40,466 bases of DNA from contig CM119270.1 in NCBI GenBank assembly GCA_051294375.1, forward strand, positions 640,727 through 681,192, in the 5' to 3' direction. Both the position numbers and the translations under genes were made by a program. Shown piece by piece: positions 1 to 14,192 of this stretch. Under the pieces are notes generated by a model. That model was not told the DNA's origin. It searched no databases and saw only the letters and a program-made list of their open reading frames with translations. The DNA is from Paraspadella gotoi (lineage: Eukaryota; Animalia; Chaetognatha). Each line of letters opens with the position of its first letter. The first letter of the stretch is position 1.

Positions 1-493
1 AATTTAAACTTATAATTTAATCCTAATCCCTAACCTAATCCCTAATTAAACTTATAAATAATTAATTTAAACTTATAATTTAATCCTAATCCCTAACCTA
101 ATCTTTAATTAAACTTATAAATAATTAATTTAAACTTATAAGTTAATCTTAATCGCTAACTTAATCACTTACTAAACTTATAATTAATTTAAACTTATAA
201 TTTAATACTAATCCTTAACCTAATCCCTAATTAAATTTATAATTAATTAATAACAAATTATAATTTAATCCTAATCCCTAATATAATCCCTAATTAAACT
301 TATAATTAATTATTTTAAACTTATAATTTAATCTTAATCCCTAACCTAATCCCTAATTAAACTTATAATTAATTAATTTAAACTTAAAATTTAATCCTAA
401 TCCCTAACCTTATCCCTACTTAAACTTATAATTGATTAATTTAAACTTATAATTTAATCCTAATCCCTGATTCTTAACTTTTACCCCTTAACC
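1..493. repeat. AT-rich minisatellite, unit about 55-63 bp (aatttaaacttataatttaatcctaatccctaacctaatccctaattaaacttata...)
   Basis: About 8 imperfect tandem copies, truncated by the window start. A related unit plus the downstream motif aaaatggg(g/t)cgtt(c/a)tgggaaaata recurs at about 39220-39335. Confidence 0.9.
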
Positions 494-656
494 TTAAACT
501 CTAGTACTTAAACTTTCATCCCTTACCCTAATTAAGATAAAATGGGGCGTTCTGGGAAAATAAGGCCCTTTTTTCCCTTCGTCCTCTTTCAGTCTCAAAA
601 TCAAGAATCGAATTGAAAGAGAAAAATTAACAAGAGTTGGACTTAATTCTTGATTG

Positions 657-752
657 GCGCGCGGCGGGTAGCGGGCGACGGGCGGCGGGCAACGGGCGGC
701 GGGCAGCGGGCGGCATGGGGGCGGGCGGCCGGCGGCGGCAGCGTCGGTGGGG
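657..752. repeat. GC-rich low-complexity tract of ggcgg(c/g)-type units
   Basis: Tandem ggcggcgg / ggcagcgg / ggcaacgg units in an otherwise AT-rich region. Confidence 0.7.
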
Positions 753-3656
753 GCCGAATTCATTTCATCGTGACGCTTGAGACGAAGTCCCTTGTCGGTC
801 TGTCGGTCCATAGATAAGTCCGTATTTAAAATCTTCGTTAAATATCCAACATAATCTTTTTCTCTACGATTCACTTTGTCGGTTCCACTTTGTGGGTTCA
901 ACTTTGTCGGTCTCAACTTTGTGCGGTCAAATCTGCCAAAAAAAAAAAAAATTAGTCTCTAACATATATATATATAAAAAAAGTCTCATCGTCTCTTCTC
1001 TCAATCTCCTTCTCTCTCTTCTCAATCTCTCTCTCTCCAACTTTTTTGTGCCCCACTCTCGACCACAAGACCTACAAAAACCACCCGATTTCTTCCACGA
1101 CGCAAGTCAAATTCCATCTTTCGACCCCTTTTCCACCTAAAGAGATGCCATTATCAACTCGTGATCAAGTACTACTCAGCTTTCGTTGCTCCTCTCTCTC
1201 TCGTCCTTCTCATCTCTCTCTCCTCTCTCCTTTCTTCCCGTGTCCGTTTGAGACAAAGTGGAACCTTTGCTTGTCAAGGGGGGAGATAATGAGAGGAGGA
1301 GGAGTAGAGGAAGGAGGCAGGAGGAGGAAAAGATGACCTTCATTTCTTCTCTTAATATAAATTTTTCTATTTTTTCTCCTTTTACCTCTTTTTTTCTTTT
1401 CCTCAGCTTTTTCTTTTTCCTTTTTTTCCTTTTTTCTTTATTTTTTTCTTTTCTTCTTCTTTTGTTTTTTTTCCTACCTCCTTTGCCTCTTTCGTTTCGG
1501 TCGGACAAGTCCGTTTACAATGCGTTTTTCATCCTTCCTCCGCTTCCTTCTCCTTACTTCATCCCATTACCATTCCTCCGGCTATCCCTTCCCTCTGCTC
1601 TTCCACTTCCTTTCCTCCTCTCCATTTCCTCCCTTCCCTTCTCCTCATCCTTCCCCTCCCTTCCTCCCTTTGCCTCCTCCTCCATTTCCCCTGTTCTCCC
1701 TTCGCCATTCCTCCCGTCCCTCTTCCCTTTCCTCCTCTTCCTTCCCTTTCCCTATCCTCCCTTTCCTTTATCTTCCTTCCCCTTCTCCCTTTCCGCTCTC
1801 TTACCCCTTTCCCTTCCCTTCATGCCCTTCCCGTATCTTCCTCCCGACATCACGAACTCCTCCGCGGACATCAAGTGAGCGACCGCGGGTCCATGTTTCA
1901 TCGAGCACCAGCAATGGTTTTTTCCCTTGTCATTTCTACAACGTTGGGCGTCTTCACCCCCGCCCCCCATACGTCTCTAATCTCTCTCTCTCTCTGCTCT
2001 CGTCTCTTCTCTCTGTCTCCCCTCGTGTTACTCGTCCGCGCCAGAAACCCCGAAAACAAAAACCCCTTCAGTTGCTCCCATTTAATCTTCACTTGTCCGT
2101 CGGACGATTGCCATCAGTTTGCCCGTCGTCCGTCTTGCCATCATCGACGCCCGTCGTTGGCCACTTCCCGTGCGCCCATATATATTCTTCTGTCCTTATC
2201 GTACTAAAGATGTTTCTTTTATTATTCAGTTTTAAGTAATTGATTAATTAATTCATTTATTTCAAGATTTCCGAAATTTTTATCATTCAACATCACCCTT
2301 CCTCCTCCCTCTTCCTCCTCTCTTCCTCCCCTCTTGCCTCCTCCTATTCATCCTCTTCAATCCTCTCTCCATCTCTCCTCCTCCTTTTCCCTCCTCATCC
2401 CCTTTCCTCCTCATGCCTCCTCTCCTCCCCTCTTTCTACTATTCCTTTCCTCCTCCTCTTTCATCCTCTTGCCTCTTCCTCACTCCTTCCTCACCCTTTT
2501 CACTTCCCCTCAACTTTCATCACGCCGCCGACGCAGTCGATCAAGCGCACGCCCCACTGTTCACCCAGCGTGAAATCCGCCGTCCATTCCCATCAGTCCG
2601 TCTACAGCCTGAGTCCATCAAGCAGTCCTGTCTTATATATCAGTCCGTCTATGTATCAGTCAATCCCATACAGTCGATAAATTTCCTCCTCCCAACCGAC
2701 CTGTAAAGTAATCACGCTGAAAATGAAAATTCAATGATGTTTACAACGGCTTATAAAGATGTCACCTTCAGTACAGTGGAGCACTCAAGAACCAAAAATT
2801 TTATTTGAAGGATCAAACAAGGATATTCTAGATGTGAGATAGTATGAATTAAACTCGTACAAAAAATATTTATGTTCAATATTGTCTCGGAAGCAGAATA
2901 GTAAAAAATACAATATATTTGTAATAATATTCTTATAAAATAATAAATATTAAAAATAAATTTTTTTAAAACTTTTATTAAAGATTTAGGATTTCCTTCC
3001 AGAAAAGTTGAATCGAATATAAAACATGTTATCAAATAATTCTGCTCATCTTCAGCATTAAAAACCGGGAAAAATAAGAAAAATTCATATGACTTTTTTA
3101 TTCTCTGTAGTACCATGATGGGAAAAAAATTGTCAGCGCTTTGGAAAAGTGGGTTCTAATTTCATTGTCAATATAATTTTTTGGTCCGTAAATAGGTTTA
3201 CAATATGATAATTGTTGACCTCCCCAAAGCGACTGACAAAAAAGATTATTTCTCACAGCATAAATTATTTAATGCAATACAAATACTTCCAAAAAGAGGT
3301 TGTCTCTAACTTTTTTCAACTTCTTTTTGATCAAGCAACCAAAGAGCAGTACCCATCCGGGTGAGTTTTTCGGCTGTGTTTAACGCTGGATCCTGTATTT
3401 CTTTCTGAAGAATTTTCTTCACGCTCTAACATCCCCGATGTCCCTTTCCCCATACAAAACAACTCTCACATTAAACATCCTTTAGCCCATAAAATCCTTT
3501 ACCAACATCTTCACTGCTAACCCTTAACTGATGAACGATTGATGACGAAGAAAAGACGAATGACGATGATGACGAAGGAAAGAGATCCAAATAGCGCCCA
3601 TGACCGCGCCATCTACGCCTAATGACCGGGCGACGCTCTTTACGACGATGAGAGAC

Positions 3657-3700
<44 letters not shown>

Positions 3701-3866
3701 GAGAGAAGAGAGAGAGAGAGAGTGTGGTGAAACATGAACATTGCTCACGGCGGGAGGGCCAATGGTTCTCCCGCCCTCTCGTCTCGACCTCTCTCCTCCA
3801 TGTCCACGTCCGTCTGGCCCTCTCTGCTCCGCATCTCTCTCCTCTCTCTCACTCGTCGTTCTCTAT

Positions 3867-3909
<43 letters not shown>

Positions 3910-3930
3910 TCGCTTGTAGGTGATAGGAAT

Positions 3931-4888
3931 TTTAAACGGAAAAACGATTTGATTTTTAGACAACGAATTTTGTTTTGTATTTAAACAATGAACATTAACA
4001 ATAATCTAAATATAATTAAGTGAAAAGAGAAATATGAAATGTGAACATTTGAAGAATTTACATTTGATTTAGGCGAGGATAAGTTAAAGAAAAAGAAAGT
4101 GAATACTAAGAAAATATAGATAGAGCTCAAAGTGAGGCAGTGCCGGCTAGGCGCAACAGGCCAGAGAGATATAAGTGCCCTAAGGGTGGATTCTCGCGCG
4201 CAAGCGAAATCCCAACCTAGCTTTCAATCGGCTCGAGAAGTCCTCTCCTCTAACACTATGACTCGCATAATGACCATCAGCCTTCGTCCTGCAAATATTT
4301 GTTCTCCCAAGGGGAGCGCCAAGGCTTCACTTTGGAGCTTCTATCTTAATTTCTTTATATTTCACTCTCTTTTCTTAAGCTTATCTATCCGCATTATCAA
4401 ATGTAAATTTCAAATTTACACATTTCACTTCTCTTTTTTCACTGTAAATTTTATTATTAGATATTGTTAAAATCAACTAATCAGTTAAGACTTTATATCA
4501 TTGTTGCAGACAATGTGGCACAAATGTAGATCTCTTGCACTGTTTTCTCTCTTCGTCTCTCTCTTTTATTCACCATTTTTTTACTTCATTTTCAAAAACG
4601 TCACTCAATCTGTCCTGACCTTAGATCAGCCTTTGTTCCTGCACTTCTGGATCACTGTCCTGTCTCACCACTATGTTGGAGAAAACACCTTTTACTCTCA
4701 TTCTCTATCTCTGTCTCTCATCATCTCTCACACAACCTTTTTATGCAGCAACAATTTTTTCAAACTATGATAAACGTAGAAGATAATGCTGATGAAGACT
4801 TAGAAAAAAAAAAGTCCGAAACAATGTGTCATTATTTTTAATGAAGACAAATCGTTGTTAAAAAATAACATCGGTTTTTTTCCTTTAA
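3931..4888. mobile_element. Noisy duplicate of the foldback/hammerhead element at 14193-15069
   Basis: Same nested inverted repeats and same ctgatgaagact...agtc(c)gaaac motif (about 4785-4833), with indels. Confidence 0.6.
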
Positions 4889-5113
4889 CTAGTCCACATT
4901 GTAATCTTTTATTGGCCTCATTTATTTATATTTTTTTAAACAATGAGTAGCACTAAATAATTACATGTAACAGGCTCATTAACGAATTGAATTTGTTAAT
5001 CGTGTTAACTTTCACACCTTTGTGGAGCATACATAAATAAATCAAAATCAAAAGTGACCGGGTTGGCTAAAAAATGGTACAAACCGAGAGAGAAAGAGAG
5101 AGAAAGGAGAGAG

Positions 5114-5173
<60 letters not shown>

Positions 5174-6906
5174 AGCAAGAGATAGACGGGAGGAGAAACA
5201 AGGAATTAAGGAATATTGACTACTCAAATACTCAAGTAATATGTACTGAGTATTTTTTAGGATGAATTATGTACACTCGTGGTAGTAATATTTAGCCTTG
5301 GTACTAAAGAGAATACATCTTGATGTCCCATGTTAATTTGTTTCCTATTTTGCCTAATTTTGTGAAAAAAGCAAGAAAAAATATATTTTTGTTCTTTTGT
5401 TTAAATTTTTAATGTGGTTTTAATGATTATTTTTTCTAATCTTGATTAAACAATCAAAGAGATTTCGGATATAAGCGCTCATTTGTGGAAAAAATCCTTC
5501 GCGACACGAAATTTCCTCACGGTGAATCTTCGTCAGCAAACATTGAATTCGCAACTGCTGATCATTATGAATCTTCACATTTACCCTTTGACCTTGCGTC
5601 CACGTTTTCAACTTTTCTCCTCTGGCTAAATAAAATAAAATCAGAAAAAACAGTGAATAGTGAATTGTGAACACTTCTTTAAATATTTATTTTAAAATTG
5701 TGAAATTGTGAATGGTCTATTGAAGATGGATCTGAAACATTTTTTTCCAGAAGCCTTTGCCTGATTTTCTTTACCTAACACATAACTTAAACAACAAAAA
5801 TATGCATATTGTTTCGGGATTCACCGCGCATTTTTTTACTATTTTACGGTATTTTTAACAATCGCATTCCTGTTACTGGATGAGAATTTTAATACTTTAA
5901 CACTTTAAATTATATTATTTTTTGGTAAAAATTAAAAATTTGTTGTTCAAGAAAGAAGCAAGAAACATTGTTGTGAGACAAAGTCAGCTTGTAGACAGAA
6001 AAATGTGCAGAAACTAGAAATCATTCAAGATTTTTAAAGTCGCATTAATTCGATACGATATAACTCTTTAAATTTCTTTTACACATCATAATTTTGTTAA
6101 ATTTTTAATAGATCTTGGGAATCGGTGCAATCGTTGGAATGAATACAGTTTTATTAAATTATGCTTTATGGCAGTGAAGACTTTTTGGTAAATCAGTTTT
6201 TGCTTAAAAGTAACTGAAATGGCAAAACAGTCGGATTACCTGTAAATGCTCACTGGAATGGGACAACTCTGACTGTTGGCTTTAAAGGGCTTAGCCGACC
6301 CTCAGTGATGCCTCCAGTCACTGGCGCGGTTACCCAAGGAACTGTTTTCCAGACAACTTACAATCAGCGTTAAGAAATTAAATGTTAAAATTTTTGGCAA
6401 GAGAAAAAGAAAAAGGGACTCGCGAGCTTGAGAGTCAACTTTGATTATATGGGGCATTGAACATTTTTTTTGGAGTCAACAATAAACGTCAAATAGTTTT
6501 CTTAACTCATTAAAATGTTATAAGAATAAATGTTAATAAATGTTAAGAAATACGAATGTTAATAAATGTTAACAAAGAATTACGATTTTTAAATCCAGAT
6601 CTTTCTGTATCAATCGTAGAATGAAGATACGGGTAAAGAATGGTACACGGACTTTTAGAATTCCATTATTTATCTGCTATGTCCCTGCTATGTCTATTAT
6701 CTTGTAAGAGTGATCGAGCCTTTAAACCAGCCAAAGCCTGTCCACAAGCTCAGGGGCAAGGATAGCTTATCTTATGTAAATGAATGGTAATTTTTATAAT
6801 TGGTTGTACCAATTTCATAAATAATGATAATACATAATAACCAATCAGATAAAAATTAAGCTGTTACGCAAAGTTAATTAATTTTCTTTCCAATACTTTT
6901 TTTTTC

Positions 6907-7042
6907 GAGACAGTTTGAGTTTAGTTTTTGACAAACGATTTCTATTTAATTCAAAAACAGACAGGTTTTCGGCTGTTATTTCAAGCTCATGCAGCCGGCT
7001 GAATTAAATAAAATCGTTGTCAAAACTACAACTAACTGTCTC
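6907..7042. repeat. Noisy duplicate of the 44-bp inverted repeat plus hammerhead at 16908-17038
   Basis: gagacagtttgag... and ...actaactgtctc arms around a degraded hammerhead core. Confidence 0.6.
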
Positions 7043-8142
7043 CTAATCGTCCCAAACAACGAAAAGAAAGGATTTATATTACACAATATTTTTTTCAAAA
7101 AAATGTAAAAAATGAAATCTTGGATCTTTCTTAAGTTTATATCTATGCAAAACAATTATCATTCATATTGTTGATAAGGCGCTAAGTGGGCTTGAAAGGA
7201 ACTAACTTCTGTGCCCCCATCAGCAGCAAATGGAAGACCGACCGACCGACCTCAGGCTCCCAGCAGGGTAAATTACCGGGTTGGGCATTCGAACGACGCG
7301 GTAACATAGTGCTTTGGCGAGCAAATGGCTATTACTCAAAGAGCAACCAGGGTTAAACCTTATGGCCAGTAACCCGACGGAACATATTTTAATAATTGCT
7401 AAAATTATTTACAAAAGATTTAAAAACGAAGTAAAATCTTGAAGCTGGAGAACACCAAGAGAGCAACTCAACCAATTTTGCTAAGAAGAAAGTACATTAT
7501 AATTTATTAAAATATCTTAAATGGTTATTTATAAATGTCTTTATTTTAATCTCTTCTCTAAATTATTATCAAATACCAACTAACCAATTCTACACGTCGC
7601 AAAATAGAAAACTAAAGAGAATTTTAAGAGAACATTCGTGACGCTAAATACTGCGCTCTGATGTGGTTGATCAGTTCCATCTGGCGAGAAAGGAGATTCT
7701 TCATTGTTTCGCTTGATCTTTTGATCGGAGCATCGATTCTCAAATCGCGAGATCGTACATTGACATCAATAATTTCTAATATAAATAAATCGCGTTTTTT
7801 TTTTAAAATTATCCACAATTTTTTTTATGACATTTTCTTAATCAGCACTTATCAAAGTATAAGAAAAAACGACAGTCAGTTTCTTAATTCGCTCCTCCAA
7901 TCCAACCTTGGCAGACATCAGACTCAGCTGACTCAGCTGACTCAGACTCAGAGACTCAGCTGACTCAGCTGACTCAGGACATAAGCTGACTCAGACTCAG
8001 AAGACTCAGCCTGGACTCAGTCTTGACTCCGGAGACTCAAAAGACTCAGCTGACTAGCTGATCAAGACTCGAAGACTCAGCTGACTCAGACTCGACTCAG
8101 ACTCCAGAAGACTCAGCTGAAATCAGCTGACTGCAGACATGT

Positions 8143-9002
8143 CTATTTATCGCCAAACTGTTTCGTCACATCCTCTTCTCGTGACATATATGCAAGATGA
8201 GATTTGGAAGTGAGGCTCGTAAGAATAAATAAATGAACGCATCCCAACAAATGATGCAATTCATTATTAACATCATGAAATGTTTGTCGCCTTACTGCTT
8301 CCGATTTTTTTTTCAATTTTTTGGCTAATTTAACTCCAATAAACTTTATTGCATCAACTTATTTAGTATAACATAATAATTATAAACTACATTCTGTTGA
8401 CGTCGTAGCCAAATACCAAAAGATTGTTGTCAATTCGTAGTAAAGAGCATTATTTTTCTTTCAAACTAAAAAAAATATTTAATCAAAGGTCTGGGCTAAT
8501 TAGACAAACTTTAATTTTGGTTCATTATATTAAGATTAGATTTATGATAAATTATTCATCAGGAGATCGCATTTAGAATTTGATGTTTTTTCTTTTTCAC
8601 TTACATTAGTTTGTTTGTAAGGTCAATGTTCTGTTGTTTTTTCCTGCTTTCAATAGATCAAAACTCCTTAACAGAAAAAATATCAAAAAATATAAGTAAA
8701 AAAATAGGAATCAGTCTCAATCAGTGTCAAGTCAAACGACCAATCAGAAAAATTAATAAATTCGATCACTGGGTAACTCTTATCATTCAAAAAAATATAA
8801 TCAAGTATTATTTAGTCAACATTAATAAGTTATACAAATCAAGAAATTAAATTCAATAAGCAGTCGTTTGTTGCAATCTATCAATCCATTGAATCAATCA
8901 ATATCGGTCAATCAATACCTTTAATCTTGCATTTTCTTGTCTGGGCGACATGAATGGATCTTTCTCGTTCTTGTTCAAATCCTCTTCCTGTTTCTTTGTC
9001 AT
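8143..9002 (-). pseudogene. Frameshifted copy of exons 2-5 of the secreted-peptide gene, paralog A type; probably an assembly duplicate
   Basis: Collinear with 18048-18838 but with many 1-bp indels. Exon 1 would lie beyond the gap at 9809. Confidence 0.6.
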
Positions 9003-11312
9003 CTGAAGGATAAAAGGCGAAGTAACGAGTTGCATGAGTTTCAAAATTTGAACAGTTGTATCAAGAACGTCTTGTACTAAAGAACATTGATCATATAAAT
9101 ATTTTTTTTAAGATTAGCATTGTTAAATTTTTTGCAATACGCCCATATAATTATTATTTACTACCATAGTAACTTTACCAATAAAAATGTCAAAATATTA
9201 CAAATATTTTTTTTAGTTTTGAATTCGAATTCGAATATGCCGATATCGAATTCCTCATAAAAAGTTGATAGAAGAAAATATAAGTCTTGATCAAAAATTC
9301 TTTCATTAAGTAAGCTAAAAAATAAAAAACTATATTTTTTATACTAAATTAAATATAGGATTATTAATAATAGTTTTTAAAACATTTTGACCGCCACTTA
9401 ATGAAATATTTTATTTAAAAGAGTTTATAGTTTCCTTTTTCCAGTTTTCGGTGAAGGAATTCGCTACTTTTTCTAAAATAAGAAAAAAAAAACATTTTAA
9501 CAATTTTAAATATTTTCCTAATGGTGAGTACTATGTATAAATATGCGGAAAATTGAAAAATAGAAATTTAAATTTTTTTGTTATTGTAAAAATGTTCACA
9601 GGTACAAGCCTGTTCGTGAACTCTAAACTATTTTTGATTCTAACTTTTAATTTTATAATTTTTGCTATGCTTTACTGAAGGATCCCAATAAATTCTCTCT
9701 CTGTTCAGTCTTTTACTCTCTCTGTTTCTCTCTCTCTTTCTCTCTCATCTCTTTCTTTCTTTCCTTTCTTTCTTTACTTTCTTCTTTCTTTCCTTCTTTA
9801 TTTTTCTCNNNNNNNNNNNNNNNNNNNNNNNNNCCCCTTTTCCCACCTAAAGAGATGCCATTAATCAAACTCGTGATCAATCTACTCACTTCGTCTCTCT
9901 CTCTCTCCCTCTCTCTCTCTCTCTCCTTTCTTCGCCGTGTCCGAGACAAAGTGGAAAACCTTTGCCTTGTCAAGGGGGGAGTAATGAAGAGGAGGAGGAG
10001 GTAGAGGAGGAGGAGGAGGAGGAAAAAGATGACCTTCATTTTCTCTAAATATAAATTTTCTTTTTTTCTCTTTTACTCTTTTTTTCTTTTTCCTCCTTTT
10101 TTCTTTTTTCTTTTTTTCCCTTTTTTCTTTATTTTTTTCTTTTCTTCTTCTTTTGTTTTTTTTCCTACCTCCTCTTCCTCTTTCGTTTCGGTCGGACAAA
10201 GTCCGTTTACAATGCGTTTTTCATCCCTTCCTCCCTTCCCTTCCTCCCTTCCCTTCATCCCTNNNNNNNNNNNNNNNNNNNNNNNNNAAGGAGACAAGAG
10301 AGAGAGACGAGCGAAGAAGACACGACCGCAGAAGAGAGACGACGAGAGAGACTTAGCAGCAGTCCGGAGGCGAGACAGTCGAGGGGTAGAAGACGTCCAA
10401 GTTGGAACATGATCGTGGAAAACCATTGCTGGTGCTGATAGAAAACATGGAACCCGCGGTCGCTCACTTGATGTCCGCCCGGAGGAGTCGTGATGTGGAG
10501 AAATACGGGAGGGATGAAGGGAAGGGAAATGAAGGAAAGATACTCATCTCCTTTTGTCTCCCCTCTTTATCGTCGGCGCCAGAAACCCGAAAACAAAAAC
10601 CCTTCAGTTGCTCCATTTATCTTACTTGTCCGTCGGATCGATTGCCATCTTTGCCCCGTCGTCGTCGTTGCCATCTCGACGCCGTCGTTGCCACTTCCGT
10701 CGCCATATATATTCTCTGTCCTTATCGTACTAAGATGTTTCTTTATTATTCAGTTAGTAATTGATTAATTAATTCATTTATTCAAATTTCCAAAATTTTA
10801 TCATTCAACATCACCCTTCCTCCTCCTCTTCCTCCTCCTCTTCCTCCCCCTCTTCCTCCTCCTATTCATCCTCTTCATCCTCTCTCCTCTTCCTCCTCCT
10901 CCTTTTCCTCCTCATCCCCTTCCTCCTCATCCTCCTCCTCCTCCCCCTCTTTCTACTATTCCTTCTCCTCCTCCTCTTCATCCTCTTCCTCTTCCTCCTC
11001 CTTCCTCACCTTTTCACATTCCTCAACTTCATCACCGCCGACGCATCGATCAAGCCACGCCCACTTTCACCCAGCGTGAACATCCGCCCGTCCATCCATC
11101 AGTCCGTCTACGCCTGAGTCCATCAAGCAGTCTGTCTTTATATCAGTCCGTCTATGTATCAGTCAATCCATCAGTCGATAAATTTCCTCCTCCAACCGAC
11201 CTGTAAAGTAATCACTGAAAATGAATTGCAATATGTTTAACCGGCTTATAAGCATGTCACCTTCAGTACAGTGGAGCACTCAAGAACCAAAAATTTATTT
11301 GAAGGATCAACA

Positions 11313-13138
11313 TCTAAGATACTATTTATTGGGTATTGAGGATCGTGTCTAAACTTTAACTTTCATTGTTTATATCTAAGAATTTTTGTAGCGTTCGATT
11401 AGACATATGTACATATACTAGTTTTATCTATGCATGCATTATTTCATCATGTAATGCTCCGACATATCCTGTTCAATTTAAAGTAATATCGCCAAAAAGC
11501 AAATGCAAAAATCGGTCTCTTTCGAAGGTACCGATCTTAACTTTTCTCTTTATTAAGAATCGAGCTGTCGTTTTGATGCCAACAATAGGATTAGTAAACT
11601 GATGTTCGTGTAGTAAGCTGAGTTTTAGAACGCGGTCGGCCGACACGTGAAGATTGTGGTGCCTGAATTTTTCAGAGAGAAATGCGTTCAGTTGAAAAAA
11701 TATTTTTTTATTATATTCTATATTGCATTATTAAAAATACTGTTTTTTAAAATTTTATTTTGAATATTAAAAAATTTAAAAACATAATGTTTTTATAATT
11801 TTAAATAAATACAGATAAATTATTTTAATAATATAAATATTTATATTATTATCAGATTATATAATGAATGATAATATAATAAAGTAATAATAAATAATTA
11901 ATGAATTAAAGATTATAAAATAATAATTAGATTAAAAAATAAAGATTAAAAAATAAAATATTTATAGGTTTGATTATTATTATTTTATTTTATTATTTAA
12001 TTTATTTATTATTAGAATAAATGAAAAAGATTATTAAATTTTTTTTTTTTTTGAATTTAATTTATATTTAATATGATTATTATATTTTATTAATAATTAA
12101 AATTTATTTTAATCTATATTTTATTAATCTACATAGATAAAAAAGATTGAATTAATTTTTAAGGTTGTTAGAAATATATTTAATTTATAGTATAGTATTA
12201 GGTGTTTTTAATACTATAGTGAGCTGTATCGCTTTTCTCAGATTGAATATAAAAACAATAGTTTGTCTGAGATAACTATGAGTTATTATGAGTTGGTGAG
12301 TATAGTTAATATGTTTTTGTAATATTATTGTATATATATAAGTATAATAACAAATTTGAAAAATTTATTTTTCTTAGCATTGTTAAGAACTCATCAGAGC
12401 AATCTTGACTGTTGCGAGCGAAATTTTGTGTTTGTTAAATAAGTTGGTTTATGTGAGACTTGTTGTTTAAAGTTTTGCATTATAGTGAGTAAAACGCTGT
12501 TGTTGGAACTTAAGACTGCGCTGCTCGTTTATTAGTCCTTGATTTGGTTGAATTATGTAAAAGGTAATCATATAGCAGTTCCTGTGCAAATTGTGATCAA
12601 AATTGATAAAAATTGGAAGGCTTGATGGCTTAATGCAGTTTTCACTATACTAAAAATACAGTTCATTTTTGGATTGGCTTTATGGTGTCAAAGCAATTGT
12701 AACGTGATTTGCATGGTATGAATTTGTGTGTAATATTTTTTGCTTTTTGTGTTCATCATGGTAGAGAGAAGACAATAGAGGTTGGTGCGATAGGACCTTG
12801 TACATATATGGTATGAATTTGGTCTTTTTTACTCAAGAGCCAGGAGGTTTTTCTTAGAATTATGGGAAAAAAACTGTCCTTGACGCTGACTGACCAGTTG
12901 CCCAGTTAAATAGCCATTTTGTGGGCATGATAATATGGGAATGTTTCGATCGCGCCTAGCCTTCTGCATTGCTTTCCCAGGGACGCTCAAGCTTTTTCGA
13001 ATCTGTGCCCATATTGAGCATTATTTGTTTTGGCGCTTTATTAGCTATGCATGTTTTTGGGAATATGAGTGAAATAGTAGAAGGAGGATGCGTTTGATGT
13101 CGAAGCTTGCGGATTCGATACAGATGTCTCATGGCTGC
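11313..13138. other. About 1.8-kb segment present in the second duplicated block but absent at about 2820 in the first
   Basis: The flanks gaaggatcaa(a)ca and atatt(c)agatgtgag are nearly adjacent in copy 1. The segment has a very AT-rich part (about 11700-12200) and a degenerate coding-like part (about 12380-13140). Confidence 0.7.
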
Positions 13139-13947
13139 AATATTAGATGTGAGAATAGTATAATGAATTAAACCGTACTATTAAAAATATTTATGATTCA
13201 TATTTGTCTCGGAAGCAGAATTATGTAAAAATATCATAGGTACTTTGTGTATTAAATATTCTTATATAATATAAAATATATTTAAAAATAATTTTTTTAA
13301 ACTTTTATTAAAGATTTAGAGTTCTTTCAGAAAAAGTTGAAATCGATAAAAATATAAGACATGTTATCAAAAATTCTGTCATCTTCAGCATTAAAAACGG
13401 GAAAAAATAAGAAAATTCATGACTTTTTTATTCTCTGTAGTACCATGATGGAAAAAAAAATTGTCGCGCTTTGGAAAAGTGGGTTAATTTCATTGTCAAA
13501 TATATTTTTTGGCCGGTAAATTAATGTGACCTCGCCCAAAGCGACTGACAAAAAAGATTATTCTCACAGCATTAAAATTATTTAATGCATACAAATACTT
13601 CCAAAAGAGGTTGTCTCTAACTTTTTTCACTTCTTTTTGATCAAGCACCAAGAGCATCCCATCGGTGAGTTTTTCGGCTGTGTTAACCTGGATCCTGTAT
13701 TTTTTCTGAGAATTTTCTTCACGCTCTACATCACCCCGATGTCCCTTTCCCCATCAACACTCTCACTTAAACATCCTTTAGCCCATCAAAATCCTTTACA
13801 ACATCTTCACTGCTACCTTAACGATGACGATGATGACGAAGAAAAAGACGATGACGATGATGACGAAGAAAAAGACGATCCAAATAGCGCCCATGACCGC
13901 CATCTACCTAATGACCGCGACGCTCTTACGACGATGAGAGAGAGAGG

Positions 13948-14003
<56 letters not shown>

Positions 14004-14192
14004 TGTGGTGAAACATGAACATTCTCACGCGGAGCCAATGTTCTCCCATCTCGTCTCTCTCTCATCATCTCAGCCTCTCCTGATCTCTCTCATCTCATCT
14101 CCAACTCTCGGGCTCCCAGGATCTCATCATTCATCTACTCTCATCATCTCTTCTATCTCAGATCTCTCTTCGTTTCGGTTGTGTGGATAGGA

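Larger units (their letters stand above)
1125..9808 (+). other. Error-rich duplicate of about 9834-19570 (probable gap-overfill or haplotype assembly duplication)
   Basis: Collinear with the block after the 25-N gap at 9809-9833. Differences are mostly single-base indels typical of unpolished long reads. Confidence 0.8.

Noticed and set aside
1-493. Telomere-like cctaa/ccctaa motifs
   Set aside because: They are isolated motifs within a roughly 60-bp unit, not a pure (TTAGG)n or (TTAGGG)n tract.
1176-2706. Long ORFs rich in L/S/F/P or R/E/K (also at 24186-26435, 27700-28632, 35052-38285 and elsewhere)
   Set aside because: They are translations of polypyrimidine and (CT/GA)n tracts that lack stops by composition. 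No domain signal.
8143-9002. Third functional paralog of the secreted-peptide gene
   Set aside because: It differs from paralog A mainly by indels and lies in a block duplicated across a 25-N gap, so it is probably the same locus.
12600-13000. Mutator-type transposase remnant
   Set aside because: Only vague motif resemblance (VKAIVT, CIAFP) with no convincing catalytic motifs or TIRs.
13355-13393. Fourth hammerhead on the minus strand (aatg-ctgaaga-tgac...ataacatgtc; copy at about 3020-3060)
   Set aside because: GAAA and the 3' strand of stem II are missing. At most a decayed relic.
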